A stretch of 64,000 bases of DNA from Rubripirellula sp. GTDB lineage: Bacteria; Planctomycetota; Planctomycetia; Pirellulales; Pirellulaceae. The notes under the pieces are model-generated. The model worked only from the letters and a program-made list of their open reading frames with translations, searched no databases and was not told the DNA's origin. Location of the stretch: assembly GCA_965216875.1 (NCBI GenBank), contig OZ244207.1:1856001-1920000 (forward strand), read 5' to 3'. The position numbers and the translations under genes are program-made. Shown in pieces: positions 22,922 through 31,996 of the stretch (positions are counted from its first letter, which is position 1; every line of letters starts with the position of its first letter).

Positions 22922-23521
22922 CTATTCAGCTTCTTGCGAATCAGGCTGATCGCGCATCAAACGGGCTGCGGCGACGGCATAGTCGTAACCGGAATAGATC
23001 GTCAGCACAATCGCCGACCAAAGCAGGACTTGGGTCGTGATCGCAAGCCAGGTCGCAACGGGATCGGTGATCAGGCTTAGCAGAACCGAAACGACAGCCG
23101 CACACTGCAAAACCATCTTCCATTTACCGAGCTGGCTCGCTGAAAAATCGCCGCCCGAGCCCTCAATCATTCCTCGCAGGCTCGTCACGAGTAACTCACG
23201 GCCGACGACGATGGTTGCCATCCAAGAAGCGACGCCACTTCCGGCAACTTCGACCAAAGCGATGAAAGTCCCACAAATGATGATCTTGTCGACGAATGGA
23301 TCAAAAATCCGTCCGAGCTTGGTGACTTGACCGTACTTTCGAGCCCAATAGCCATCCATCCAATCGGTCGACGCAGCGATCAGGAAAACGACCAGTGCGG
23401 ACAAGTAGTAGCCAAACGGGATCAGCGCCATGACCGCGATCGCTAGTGCAAAACGAATGCTCGTGAGGGCATTGGGAACGTTGTAGACAGAACCTGACGT
23501 GGTGCTCATTACGGTCGTCAT
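22922..23521 (-). CDS. pgsA: CDP-diacylglycerol--glycerol-3-phosphate 3-phosphatidyltransferase
   Basis: 'NVPN.LT..R', 'TDWMDGYWAR...VT.LG..FDP.VDK', 'GKWKM..Q'. Confidence 0.93.
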   Translation of the reverse strand: MTTVMSTTSGSVYNVPNALTSIRFALAIAVMALIPFGYYLSALVVFLIAASTDWMDGYWARKYGQVTKLGRIFDPFVDKIIICGTFIALVEVAGSGVASWMATIVVGRELLVTSLRGMIEGSGGDFSASQLGKWKMVLQCAAVVSVLLSLITDPVATWLAITTQVLLWSAIVLTIYSGYDYAVAAARLMRDQPDSQEAE

Positions 23522-23659
23522 GACAAAGTCGGGGGGCTACAGTGACGTCGAGTGTGCGTCGTCTCGCTGGTCACTTAGTGAAAGGTTAGTCGATTTCGAC
23601 ACCTTTGGAGAGCCCACGAGGCCGGTTCGACAGCGCGAAACTGCGTTCCGTCGCTAACT

Positions 23660-24487
23660 TTATTGGGCAAGTTCGCAGGCAACCATCGCCTTTTTGCGGA
23701 TGTGCCCCCATCGATATTGGCCAATCACGCCTGTTTCGCGAATCACCCGGTGGCAGGGAATCAGGTAGCCGATTCGGTTGCGCCCGACCGCGGTGCCAAC
23801 GGCACGCGTCGCTTTTTCGTTGCCGATCTGATTGGCAATCTCACCGTAGGTCGCAAGGCCGCCAAGGGGGATCTCCAAGAGCGCCTTCCAAACTCGCAAT
23901 TGAAACGTCGTTCCTTTGACGAAGCACCGCAGCGACTGTTTTCCAGATTGGGAGTGAGAGTGGTTGAAGATTTCAGTAACGCGCTGGGTCGCCATCGCAG
24001 GGTTCCACTGGATCGTCGCATTGGGCCAATCTGCGTGCACTTGATCAGTGGCCGCATCCTGATCCGTATCGTCGACGAACGCGAGAAAACAGATTCCTCG
24101 TGGTGATTCCGCCAACACACAGTTGCCAAAGGGTGTTTTGGCAACGCCAACGTCAATGTTCCAGCCGCGACCGCCCGCCTTGATCTCTCCGGGTGAGGCA
24201 GCGTCGAGCGACACGGTCAACTCATGGAGCCGGCCGGGACCAGAGAGACCGGAATCAAGGGAGGCCTGCAAAACAGATGCTCCCGCTCGCAGGCGATCCT
24301 TGGCTGCCTTGGCGGTTAAGCATTGGACGAACTTCTTAGGTGAGACGCCGGCCCAACTGTTGAACAGGCGTTGGAAATGATGGGGGCTCAAGTCGACCAA
24401 CGTAGCAAGCTCGTCGAGCGACGGTTGGTCTCGGTGGTTCTCGCTCAAGTAGGCGATCACCTTGGCAATGCGTTCGTAATCAGTCAT
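23660..24487 (-). CDS. AraC-type HTH fused to methylated-DNA-protein-cysteine methyltransferase (Ada/Ogt-like)
   Basis: HTH 'LSPHHFQRLF..WAGVSPKKF', 'GT.FQ.RVW..L', active-site PCHRV. Confidence 0.9.
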   Translation of the reverse strand: MTDYERIAKVIAYLSENHRDQPSLDELATLVDLSPHHFQRLFNSWAGVSPKKFVQCLTAKAAKDRLRAGASVLQASLDSGLSGPGRLHELTVSLDAASPGEIKAGGRGWNIDVGVAKTPFGNCVLAESPRGICFLAFVDDTDQDAATDQVHADWPNATIQWNPAMATQRVTEIFNHSHSQSGKQSLRCFVKGTTFQLRVWKALLEIPLGGLATYGEIANQIGNEKATRAVGTAVGRNRIGYLIPCHRVIRETGVIGQYRWGHIRKKAMVACELAQ

Positions 24488-24630
24488 GCCTGCAATCGTA
24501 GCGTCACCGACGAGGCGATCCACCCGATTCTTGCGATCGGATTCGAATGTCGAATTGGAGCTCGCGTTAACCTGGGCAAGCACTTTGCCTCATGGCGTCG
24601 TAGCCCCAATCCGCAGTACTCGCCAAATCG

Positions 24631-25884
24631 CTATTCTGAGATTCGGTACAGCGCGTCGGCGGTACGCATGATGATCGCATTTCCGGCAACGGCGGGCGAA
24701 GCAAGCGTGCGTTCGCCCAGATCACAGGTCGCAATCTCGTCGTACTCATCTCCGATCGCAACCACCGTTGTCTTGCCCGCTTCGTTGGTCAGATAGATTC
24801 GATCGTTGACCAGAATGGGCGAGGCGGAGTAGTTGCCACCAAGACGTTGACGGTAAACGATGTCACCCGTTTCGGCGTCGACGTTGGTCATGATACCGTT
24901 GTCGCTTACCGAATAGATACGTCCCTCGTGCGCGATCATCGAGGGGGTCTTGGGGACAAATTTCTTGTGTTGCCAATCGATGTGCGTGTCGGTAACGACC
25001 CCTGTTCCCGTTGGATCGATCGCCAAGATGCTTGCGGTATTGAATCCTGTGGAAAGGTACAGGCGTCCCCGATGAAAAACAGGTTTGGGGACGACCGAGT
25101 ATCCATCGTACCGCACATCCCAAATCACTTTTCCATCGCTCGGTGCAAGTGCGAGAACACAATCGCTGCCGGGGGCGATGATTTGTTGGACGCCGTCAAC
25201 TTCAATCAGCGTTGGGGTGCAAAAGGAAAACGTGCGACTCGCATCGACCGGGCGTGGCGTTTCCCAAACGATCTTGCCCGAGTTCGCGTCGAGTGCGACC
25301 ACTTTCGGTTCTTTGTCGCCATCGCATGTGAAAACGAGTTTGCCGTCGATCAACAAGGGCGTGCCCCCGTTGCCATGTGTGGGCTTAAAGAAGAGGTCGC
25401 GGTTTTTCCACACCACCTCGCCACTGCGTTTGAGGCAGGCCGTTCCTTGATAACCAAAATGCACGTAGATGCGATCGCCGTCCAAGATGGGCGTTGGACT
25501 CGCATGACTGTTCTTCTGGTGAATATCGTGCCACCGCTCGCCGGTTTGACGCATGATGGATACCGATTCGAGGATCGAACCGGTCGTAGCGTCAATGATG
25601 ATCAACGACAAGTCGAACGAATCCTCTTCCTGTTCGACGGGGATCGCAGCCGAAACAAAGATCTTGCCGTCGCCGACGACTGGCGAGGACCAGCCTTGGC
25701 CGGGAAGTTCGCGTCGCCAATCAATGTTCTTGTCTTGCGACCACTCTGAAGGGACTTCGGACTCGAGCGCGATCCCGTCACCCGATGGGCCGCGAAAGGT
25801 TGGCCAAGCGTCGGATGCCATGGCAGCGTTTGTGAACAGGGTCACAAAGACGAAGCCCGCGAGAGTGGATCGGAATTCAAGCAT
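24631..25884 (-). CDS. PQQ-like beta-propeller repeat protein (planctomycete BamB-like family)
   Basis: Signal peptide, 'WPTFRGP.GDG', 'GWSSPV', repeated 'G...W' blades, 'ASP'. Confidence 0.85.
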   Translation of the reverse strand: MLEFRSTLAGFVFVTLFTNAAMASDAWPTFRGPSGDGIALESEVPSEWSQDKNIDWRRELPGQGWSSPVVGDGKIFVSAAIPVEQEEDSFDLSLIIIDATTGSILESVSIMRQTGERWHDIHQKNSHASPTPILDGDRIYVHFGYQGTACLKRSGEVVWKNRDLFFKPTHGNGGTPLLIDGKLVFTCDGDKEPKVVALDANSGKIVWETPRPVDASRTFSFCTPTLIEVDGVQQIIAPGSDCVLALAPSDGKVIWDVRYDGYSVVPKPVFHRGRLYLSTGFNTASILAIDPTGTGVVTDTHIDWQHKKFVPKTPSMIAHEGRIYSVSDNGIMTNVDAETGDIVYRQRLGGNYSASPILVNDRIYLTNEAGKTTVVAIGDEYDEIATCDLGERTLASPAVAGNAIIMRTADALYRISE

Positions 25885-26190
25885 CGATCGACCTTGAAGT
25901 TGGAGAGAGGATATTGAGTGAGGAAAGCCCGCTGGAGAGAATGCGTCAACGTTGCCTTGGACACAAACCCCCGATGGCAAGAAACAGACCGGTGCTAGTC
26001 TTGGGAGCGAACAAACCAGAACCAGATCAAGCCAATTCCGCCGAGCCAAATTACCAGCGTGACGACGGCGATCACCATCGAGATCATGGCGGGACTTTGC
26101 TAATCGCGTGAGGAAAGAAGAACGGAAATGCGGTCGTCCGTTGGTCCGGCAAGCATTCTCGGGGCGATCGAAGGTTGCTGGAACGGCGAC

Positions 26191-28713
26191 TCAGCGGTTG
26201 CCCAACGCTTGGTCGGATGCCAACAGCTCCAGCCAATCTTCGTCGTCATCTTCGTTCTGGTCAATCGGTGCGACAACGGGTCCGGCGACCGGATCGCCCC
26301 CAGCCTTGTCGGCGACGTGCTCCCCCTGAGCCTTGTTGGAATTTCGTGTCAGCTGGTTGATCACGAGTAGGGCATCGCGCGCTGTCAGCCGGTAGTCGCC
26401 ACTGACGTCCCAATAGGAACCATTGGGTTGCTCGAGGGATGGGTCGAGTATCGTATCGCCGTCCCGACGCCCTACTTCATTGATCACCCGTAGGGCATCG
26501 TTGGCTGTCACCGCACTGTTGTTGTTCACGTCGAAGGGATTCGAAGCGTTTTGAAATGCTGGAGATTCGTCGTCGATCAGTGCAACAGATCCGCTACCCG
26601 ACTCGTAACCCGGCGCAGTGATGGTGAAGGTTGCGTCGGCGGGCGCTTGAGAGAGTTTGTCATCCACCGGGACGAGGGTGTACAGCAAGACCCGGCTATT
26701 GGCTGGGATGGTCAACGTCGACGGCAGCTCGAGGCGACCGGGAATCCCGCCGCTAACGTTCACGGTGAGCGGATCGGGTGACGTATTGCTTCGGAGCAGA
26801 TGGAGTCGGGTCAACTGTGAATTCGTTTCATCAACGGTTGGATTGGTGAAGGAAACGACCAAGCTCTCGGCGTCCGTGACAGCAAGGTGGGTCGTGCCCG
26901 AGACGAGCCCCTCACCGGTCGCGGTCAGGCCAACATTGATCGTCCCGTCAAGTTCTTGGTCGTCGACAATGGACAACGGGACTTCTGCCGAGGATTCACC
27001 AGCTGCAATGACGATGGAGGATTGGACTTGCACCTCGGTTGGATCGTTTGAAGACAGCAAAACCGTACGCGTCGAGTCACTTGGCGCGCCAGAGAGTGTG
27101 ACCGTCAAAACGGCTCCGCCAAGTCCAGCATCTTCGCTTACCGAGGACTGCGATAACGAAAGCGATATCTCTGGCATGGGGTGAACCGTGACGCGAAAGC
27201 TTCGGCTTGCTTGTCCGCCGTCATCATCGGTGACGGATACTTGGACCGTGTAAGTTCCGGTCGACTCGTATTGATGGAGTCCGTTGAAGGATGCAGTCGT
27301 CTCGGCGCCTGTTTGAATGTTCCCATGTGCATCGATCGTCGCCGCCGCCGAGTCAATGGTCCCATCTCCCCAGTTGATCGAATATTCGAACGTCTCGGCA
27401 GTGGCTGGCGACGCAGCGCTGTTGCGCGTTCCAGGGTCGGTGATGATTCCGAGGTCTGTCAGCGAAAGGGTTTGTCCCACCGTGATCGCTTGGTTGCCAA
27501 CCACGGTCAAGGTTGGATTGACGTTGGTCACGTTCGCAGTGGTGACTTGGTGAACCGTTTCGCCACCGCGACTGCCGCGCAGAACCACTTCGACCGGATA
27601 AAGCCCATCGTCCGCGTAGCGATGTTGCGCGGTGACCGAGGTGTTCATGTTGACCACGTCCCAACCGATGTCGTCCATCGCTGCGAAGTCAAGCGTTGAA
27701 AAGAGCTCACGACCACCGGGGTTGATGAAAGGCGTCATCGCAGTCGGCTGCGCGGTATTTTGGGCCCAATGGTCGCCTGAGCTCTGCAGAGGAACGTTTC
27801 CATTGCCTTGATAGGCAGCCCGAGCCTTGGCACCGGTGAACGAGTTTCCGCTTACGAGACGATCCCAGGAAGATGTTACACCGGTTCGAGAGATACCGAA
27901 GCCAAGGACATGAGCGATCTCATGACTGGCGATGGTAACAAAGTCGGTTTGGTCAGCGGCGATATTCGAAGCGTCGAGTCCGAAGTACCAATTGGCGTTC
28001 GTGTCGAAACTTACCGAACCGCCCCAGGGGGCAACATCCGTTTGCGGGCTCGTGGTTGCTCCAGGCTCGCCACGACCCAAGGCGGTTTGGCGAAACGCTT
28101 CAATCTGTGCGAGTTCTTGCGGCGTTAGGTTGCTTGCAGCTGGAAAGAAAACACTTCCGGTGCCGCCAACGCCGTGTGTGCTTCCGGGCAGATCGCGCGC
28201 ACCTGCGAAGATCACGATCTCGTTTGCTGCGACACGCATGTTCTTGGTGACGTTGACCAACGATCCGGCAATCGAATTGCTCGGGCCACTGGACGGGTGA
28301 AAGACGGCTGGTTGCCACTCCGCTTTTCCCGCCGGCGTGATGGCGTCGAGATCATCGGTGAACCGCTTGATGATCGAGTCGGCTGCGAACTGAAGCAACG
28401 CGCGTCGAGACTGGTTGGCGCCGCCAAAGAAGTTATTGGTGTCGAGCGAGTAGTCGAATCGGATTCGAAGTGGCCCAGTCGCGTTGCCACCAACGACGGT
28501 ATCGGCTGGGGTGACATTGCCATCGTTCCAGCGGACCTGGGCCGAGACGTCACCAGAGAGACCGGCGGCGCTGAGGGTCGAATTGATCTGAAACAGATCG
28601 CCTTCAGCAACAAGCAACCTGCGCACCTCGAGCCTTTCGCAGGAGAGCGTTCTCGAGCGATGGGGGCAGCGCAAAGGCCGCGCACCAGTCTTTGGTTGCT
28701 TGAATCTGCGCAC
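26191..28713 (-). CDS. Planctomycete extracellular protein: zinc-metalloprotease domain, PKD, Calx-like and dockerin-type domains
   Basis: 'ERLEVRRLL' N-terminal motif, HEIAHVLGF, PKD 'INWGDG..HQY..TGTYTV', dockerin 'DVNNN..VTANDAL.VIN' twice. Confidence 0.82.
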   Translation of the reverse strand: MRRFKQPKTGARPLRCPHRSRTLSCERLEVRRLLVAEGDLFQINSTLSAAGLSGDVSAQVRWNDGNVTPADTVVGGNATGPLRIRFDYSLDTNNFFGGANQSRRALLQFAADSIIKRFTDDLDAITPAGKAEWQPAVFHPSSGPSNSIAGSLVNVTKNMRVAANEIVIFAGARDLPGSTHGVGGTGSVFFPAASNLTPQELAQIEAFRQTALGRGEPGATTSPQTDVAPWGGSVSFDTNANWYFGLDASNIAADQTDFVTIASHEIAHVLGFGISRTGVTSSWDRLVSGNSFTGAKARAAYQGNGNVPLQSSGDHWAQNTAQPTAMTPFINPGGRELFSTLDFAAMDDIGWDVVNMNTSVTAQHRYADDGLYPVEVVLRGSRGGETVHQVTTANVTNVNPTLTVVGNQAITVGQTLSLTDLGIITDPGTRNSAASPATAETFEYSINWGDGTIDSAAATIDAHGNIQTGAETTASFNGLHQYESTGTYTVQVSVTDDDGGQASRSFRVTVHPMPEISLSLSQSSVSEDAGLGGAVLTVTLSGAPSDSTRTVLLSSNDPTEVQVQSSIVIAAGESSAEVPLSIVDDQELDGTINVGLTATGEGLVSGTTHLAVTDAESLVVSFTNPTVDETNSQLTRLHLLRSNTSPDPLTVNVSGGIPGRLELPSTLTIPANSRVLLYTLVPVDDKLSQAPADATFTITAPGYESGSGSVALIDDESPAFQNASNPFDVNNNSAVTANDALRVINEVGRRDGDTILDPSLEQPNGSYWDVSGDYRLTARDALLVINQLTRNSNKAQGEHVADKAGGDPVAGPVVAPIDQNEDDDEDWLELLASDQALGNR

Positions 28714-28992
28714 GCGATACCGAGATTTGATAAGTCGATGCGGGTTGCGTTCTCGCTAGTAGCGAAGAAAAGTCATCGCCCGCAACGGAGATTAGGCCAC
28801 CGTAGGGTGGTTCCCTATCTTAGCATCGGCTTCGCAAGGAACGACCCTCAGGTTTTTGAAGGCCGTTTTTTGCTGAAAAGTGTCACAGTTCGCAATCAGG
28901 AAGCTGCTTTCGCGAGCGAACCCACAGACCAAATGGGCATTTGCGGGTTCAAGACGCTATTGGGCCAAAGTAACGGCCAAATCGCCAGCGGC

Positions 28993-29316
28993 TCAGTCCT
29001 TTTCGGGGCGTCGGAAAACCGCAACGATATCGTCGACCGGAACGACAAATAGCTGGTTGTCGTGTTCGAGATCGACGGGGATCGCGTTTTTAGGGTGAAA
29101 AAGGATCTTGTCGTACTGACGAAGCGGCAGCTCTTCGTCATTTTCGACGACAGCGCTGATGGTCACGATGCGACCTGTGATCGTTGGGATCTCAGCTGCA
29201 TCGGGCAGTGCGATCCCCCCACGGGTCTCTCGTTTTGGTTCGTCTTTGCGTACCAAGACACGGTCGCCAATTGGCTCGACGTGCTCAAAGGTAGCCGCTG
29301 CCTTCTTCTTTCCCAT
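28993..29316 (-). CDS. groES: Co-chaperonin GroES family protein (no adjacent groEL)
   Basis: 'PIGDRVLV', mobile loop 'TRGGIALPD', 'DDIVAV'. Confidence 0.8.
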   Translation of the reverse strand: MGKKKAAATFEHVEPIGDRVLVRKDEPKRETRGGIALPDAAEIPTITGRIVTISAVVENDEELPLRQYDKILFHPKNAIPVDLEHDNQLFVVPVDDIVAVFRRPEKD

Positions 29317-29438
29317 CTCCGCTCCGCAGGCTCGCTTCGTAAAGTCAAACGAGCATTGTCGTCATCCGAGGGCGAATCGTCGAGGCGGCATGACGCACGA
29401 AATTCGAACTTCGCCCAACGCGAAAAGACGCTTCCAAA

Positions 29439-30455
29439 CTAGGAGGCGACAAAACTGCGGGCATGTGCCTCGCGCTGAGCCAGTTCGTAGTCGTGCTGGG
29501 TCATGATGCGAGCAAGTTCTTCAAGATCGGTCTTGGCCGTCCAGCCGAGTTTGTCTTTTGCCTTCGATGCGTCGCCCAAGAGCAAGTCGACCTCGGCCGG
29601 GCGGAAGTAGCGAGGGTCAATTTCGACGTAGTCTTCGTAGTTCAGATCGAGCTGTTCAAAGACCAGTCGGCAGAAGTCGCGAACCGATTCGGTGCGGCCG
29701 GTCGCCAAAACGAAGTCATCGGGTTCGTCATGCTGGAGGATTCGCCACATGCCTTCGACGTAGTCCTTGGCGTAGCCCCAGTCCCGTTTCGCGTCGAGGT
29801 TGCCGAGATAGAGTTTCGATTGAATCCCCATCTTGATCCTACCTGCCGCACGTGTGATCTTTCGCGTGACAAAGGTTTCGCCACGGCGCTCCGATTCGTG
29901 ATTGAAAAGGATGCCATTGGACGCGAACAAGTCATAACCGCGTCGGTAGTTCACGGTTTGGTGATAGGCGTAAACTTTCGCGCACGCGTAGGGCGACTGT
30001 GGATTGAAGGGCGTTGTTTCCTTTTGCGGTGTTTCGAGAACCTCGCCAAACATCTCACTGCTACTTGCTTGGTAGACGCGAACCGGTTTGGTTTGATTCA
30101 GAATCCTCGCCGCTTCAAGAACGTTGAGGGCACCGACGCCGACCGTTTGCAACGTGTAGACCGGTTGGTCATACGAAACACGAACGTGGCTTTGTGCGCC
30201 AAGGTTGTAGATTTCATCGGGTTCGATATCGAGCACCAGATTGGTCAGTGCCTGGCCATCGGTTAGGTCACCGTAGTGCAAACGCAGACGCGGCTCGTCA
30301 TGCAAGTCTTGGTAAAGGTGATCAATTCGCTCGGTCGAAAAGGTACTGCTTCGACGGACCAAGCCGTGAACAAGGTAATCTTTTTCCAACAGCAACTCGG
30401 CGAGGTAACTGCCGTCTTGACCGGTGATGCCGGTGATCAATGCTGACTTACTCAT
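29439..30455 (-). CDS. gmd: GDP-mannose 4,6-dehydratase
   Basis: '[16 protein letters not shown]', 'AQSHV', 'SPYA.AK', '[11 protein letters not shown]', 'FRPAEVD'. Confidence 0.96.
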   Translation of the reverse strand: MSKSALITGITGQDGSYLAELLLEKDYLVHGLVRRSSTFSTERIDHLYQDLHDEPRLRLHYGDLTDGQALTNLVLDIEPDEIYNLGAQSHVRVSYDQPVYTLQTVGVGALNVLEAARILNQTKPVRVYQASSSEMFGEVLETPQKETTPFNPQSPYACAKVYAYHQTVNYRRGYDLFASNGILFNHESERRGETFVTRKITRAAGRIKMGIQSKLYLGNLDAKRDWGYAKDYVEGMWRILQHDEPDDFVLATGRTESVRDFCRLVFEQLDLNYEDYVEIDPRYFRPAEVDLLLGDASKAKDKLGWTAKTDLEELARIMTQHDYELAQREAHARSFVAS

Positions 30456-30537
30456 GGCGATAACACACCAACGTGCGTAGTAAATTGGGACGATAAAGTG
30501 AGGAAACGGATTGTTGCGTTCCGAAAGGGTTTGGCAT

Positions 30538-31482
30538 TCATGCCGAACGCAGTTGGCCTGCGCCCGTTTCGGAAAGAAACGATTGATAGGTTTGATGGAG
30601 CCCGTCGGCAAGGTCGACTTGGTGCTTCCAGCCGAGCGAATGAATTTTCGAGACGTCGCTACATTTGATTGGCGTTCCATCCGGACGCGATGGATCCGTG
30701 ATGATGTGTCCTTGGAAACCAACCGTTTGCGCGACCAGATGTGCGAGCTCGAGGATCGTTTGATCGATGCCGGTTCCAACATTGACCCAATCGGGCGGAT
30801 CACTCAGGCCAAGCAGGTGAACGACCGCATCGGCAAGGTCATCAACGAACAGGAACTCGCGGCGCGGTGAACCGGTTCCCCAGATTTGGACCGAATCGGC
30901 CCCTGATTGTTTTGCGTCGTGGAAGCGACGGATCAGCGCCGGCAGGACATGGCTGTGTTCGGGATGGTAGTTATCGCCGGGTCCGTAAAGGTTGGTAGGC
31001 ATGGCGCTGTGGAACAGAACGCCATGCTGACGACGGTAGTATTGGCAAAGTTTCAGCCCGCTGATCTTGGCCAGCGCGTAGGCTTCGTTGGTCGGCTCGA
31101 GTGAACCGGACAATAACGCTTCTTCCTGGATCGGTTGCTCGCTGTCACGTGGATAGATGCACGTGCTGCCGAGAAAAAGAAAGCGCTCGGCGCCAATGCG
31201 GAAAGCCGCGTTGATCGAGTTGATCGCCATCAACAGGTTTTCGGTCAGGAACTCGACCGGATAGGTGTTGTTGGCGACGATGCCGCCGACACGAGCTGCA
31301 GCAAAAACGACGATGTTGGGGCGGTGGGCTTCAAAAAAGGCCTCGGTCGCTCGCTGATCGCAAAGGTCAAGCTCCTGGCGCGTCGCCGTGATGACCTCGC
31401 ACGATTGACCGTCCAAACGGCGGCAGAGTGCCGAGCCGACCATCCCGCGGTGGCCGGAAATGTAGATCTTTTTGCCTTCCAT
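30538..31482 (-). CDS. fcl: GDP-L-fucose synthase (start could be slightly upstream)
   Basis: 'GHRGMVGSA', 'AARVGGI', '[12 protein letters not shown]', 'PTNLYGP.DN', 'WGTGSP.REF'. Confidence 0.95.
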   Translation of the reverse strand: MEGKKIYISGHRGMVGSALCRRLDGQSCEVITATRQELDLCDQRATEAFFEAHRPNIVVFAAARVGGIVANNTYPVEFLTENLLMAINSINAAFRIGAERFLFLGSTCIYPRDSEQPIQEEALLSGSLEPTNEAYALAKISGLKLCQYYRRQHGVLFHSAMPTNLYGPGDNYHPEHSHVLPALIRRFHDAKQSGADSVQIWGTGSPRREFLFVDDLADAVVHLLGLSDPPDWVNVGTGIDQTILELAHLVAQTVGFQGHIITDPSRPDGTPIKCSDVSKIHSLGWKHQVDLADGLHQTYQSFLSETGAGQLRSA

Positions 31483-31996
31483 TGGCGAAATTGCACCTTC
31501 CATAGCGGAGAGCCTAGTCGAATTCAGCGTCATCGTCTGCGCGAGCTTTTTCGATCCGAAGGCCCAGCCGATGTTCAAGCTGGGTACGAGCAGTTATCGG
31601 TTATACAGGATTTTCCGGTTAGGGGGCCATTGCCGCTTGGGGGAGGCGGGTAACTTCCAGTTGATCAGTGCGAATTTGCCGCCGATGCATAACAACAGCG
31701 GCCAAAATCGATTGGGACAGTCTTGATCGATGGGGCAAAGCTCATGTTTCTGAAAACTGTGCTGAGAAAGCGGCCAATGAATGGTTCCGCTTTCCGTCAC
31801 AGCGAAACACGTCGGATTTGCGTCCTAGACCCGTACACCCTCGACAACGTGTCGATGGCGTTCACCTCCCCCATTCGGTGATCGTCGTTCGGCTCATTGT
31901 CATACCAGATACGCAAGTACGGGCAGAGTCAAATAGCCCGCAACGCAACCGGCAGAGCTGGCCGCTCCGCAGGCAATGTTCATGGAAGAATCGTAA

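Noticed and set aside
31730..31800. c-di-GMP-I riboswitch-like GGGCAAA motif
   Set aside because: The downstream stem and GCAAA/P3 elements could not be matched.
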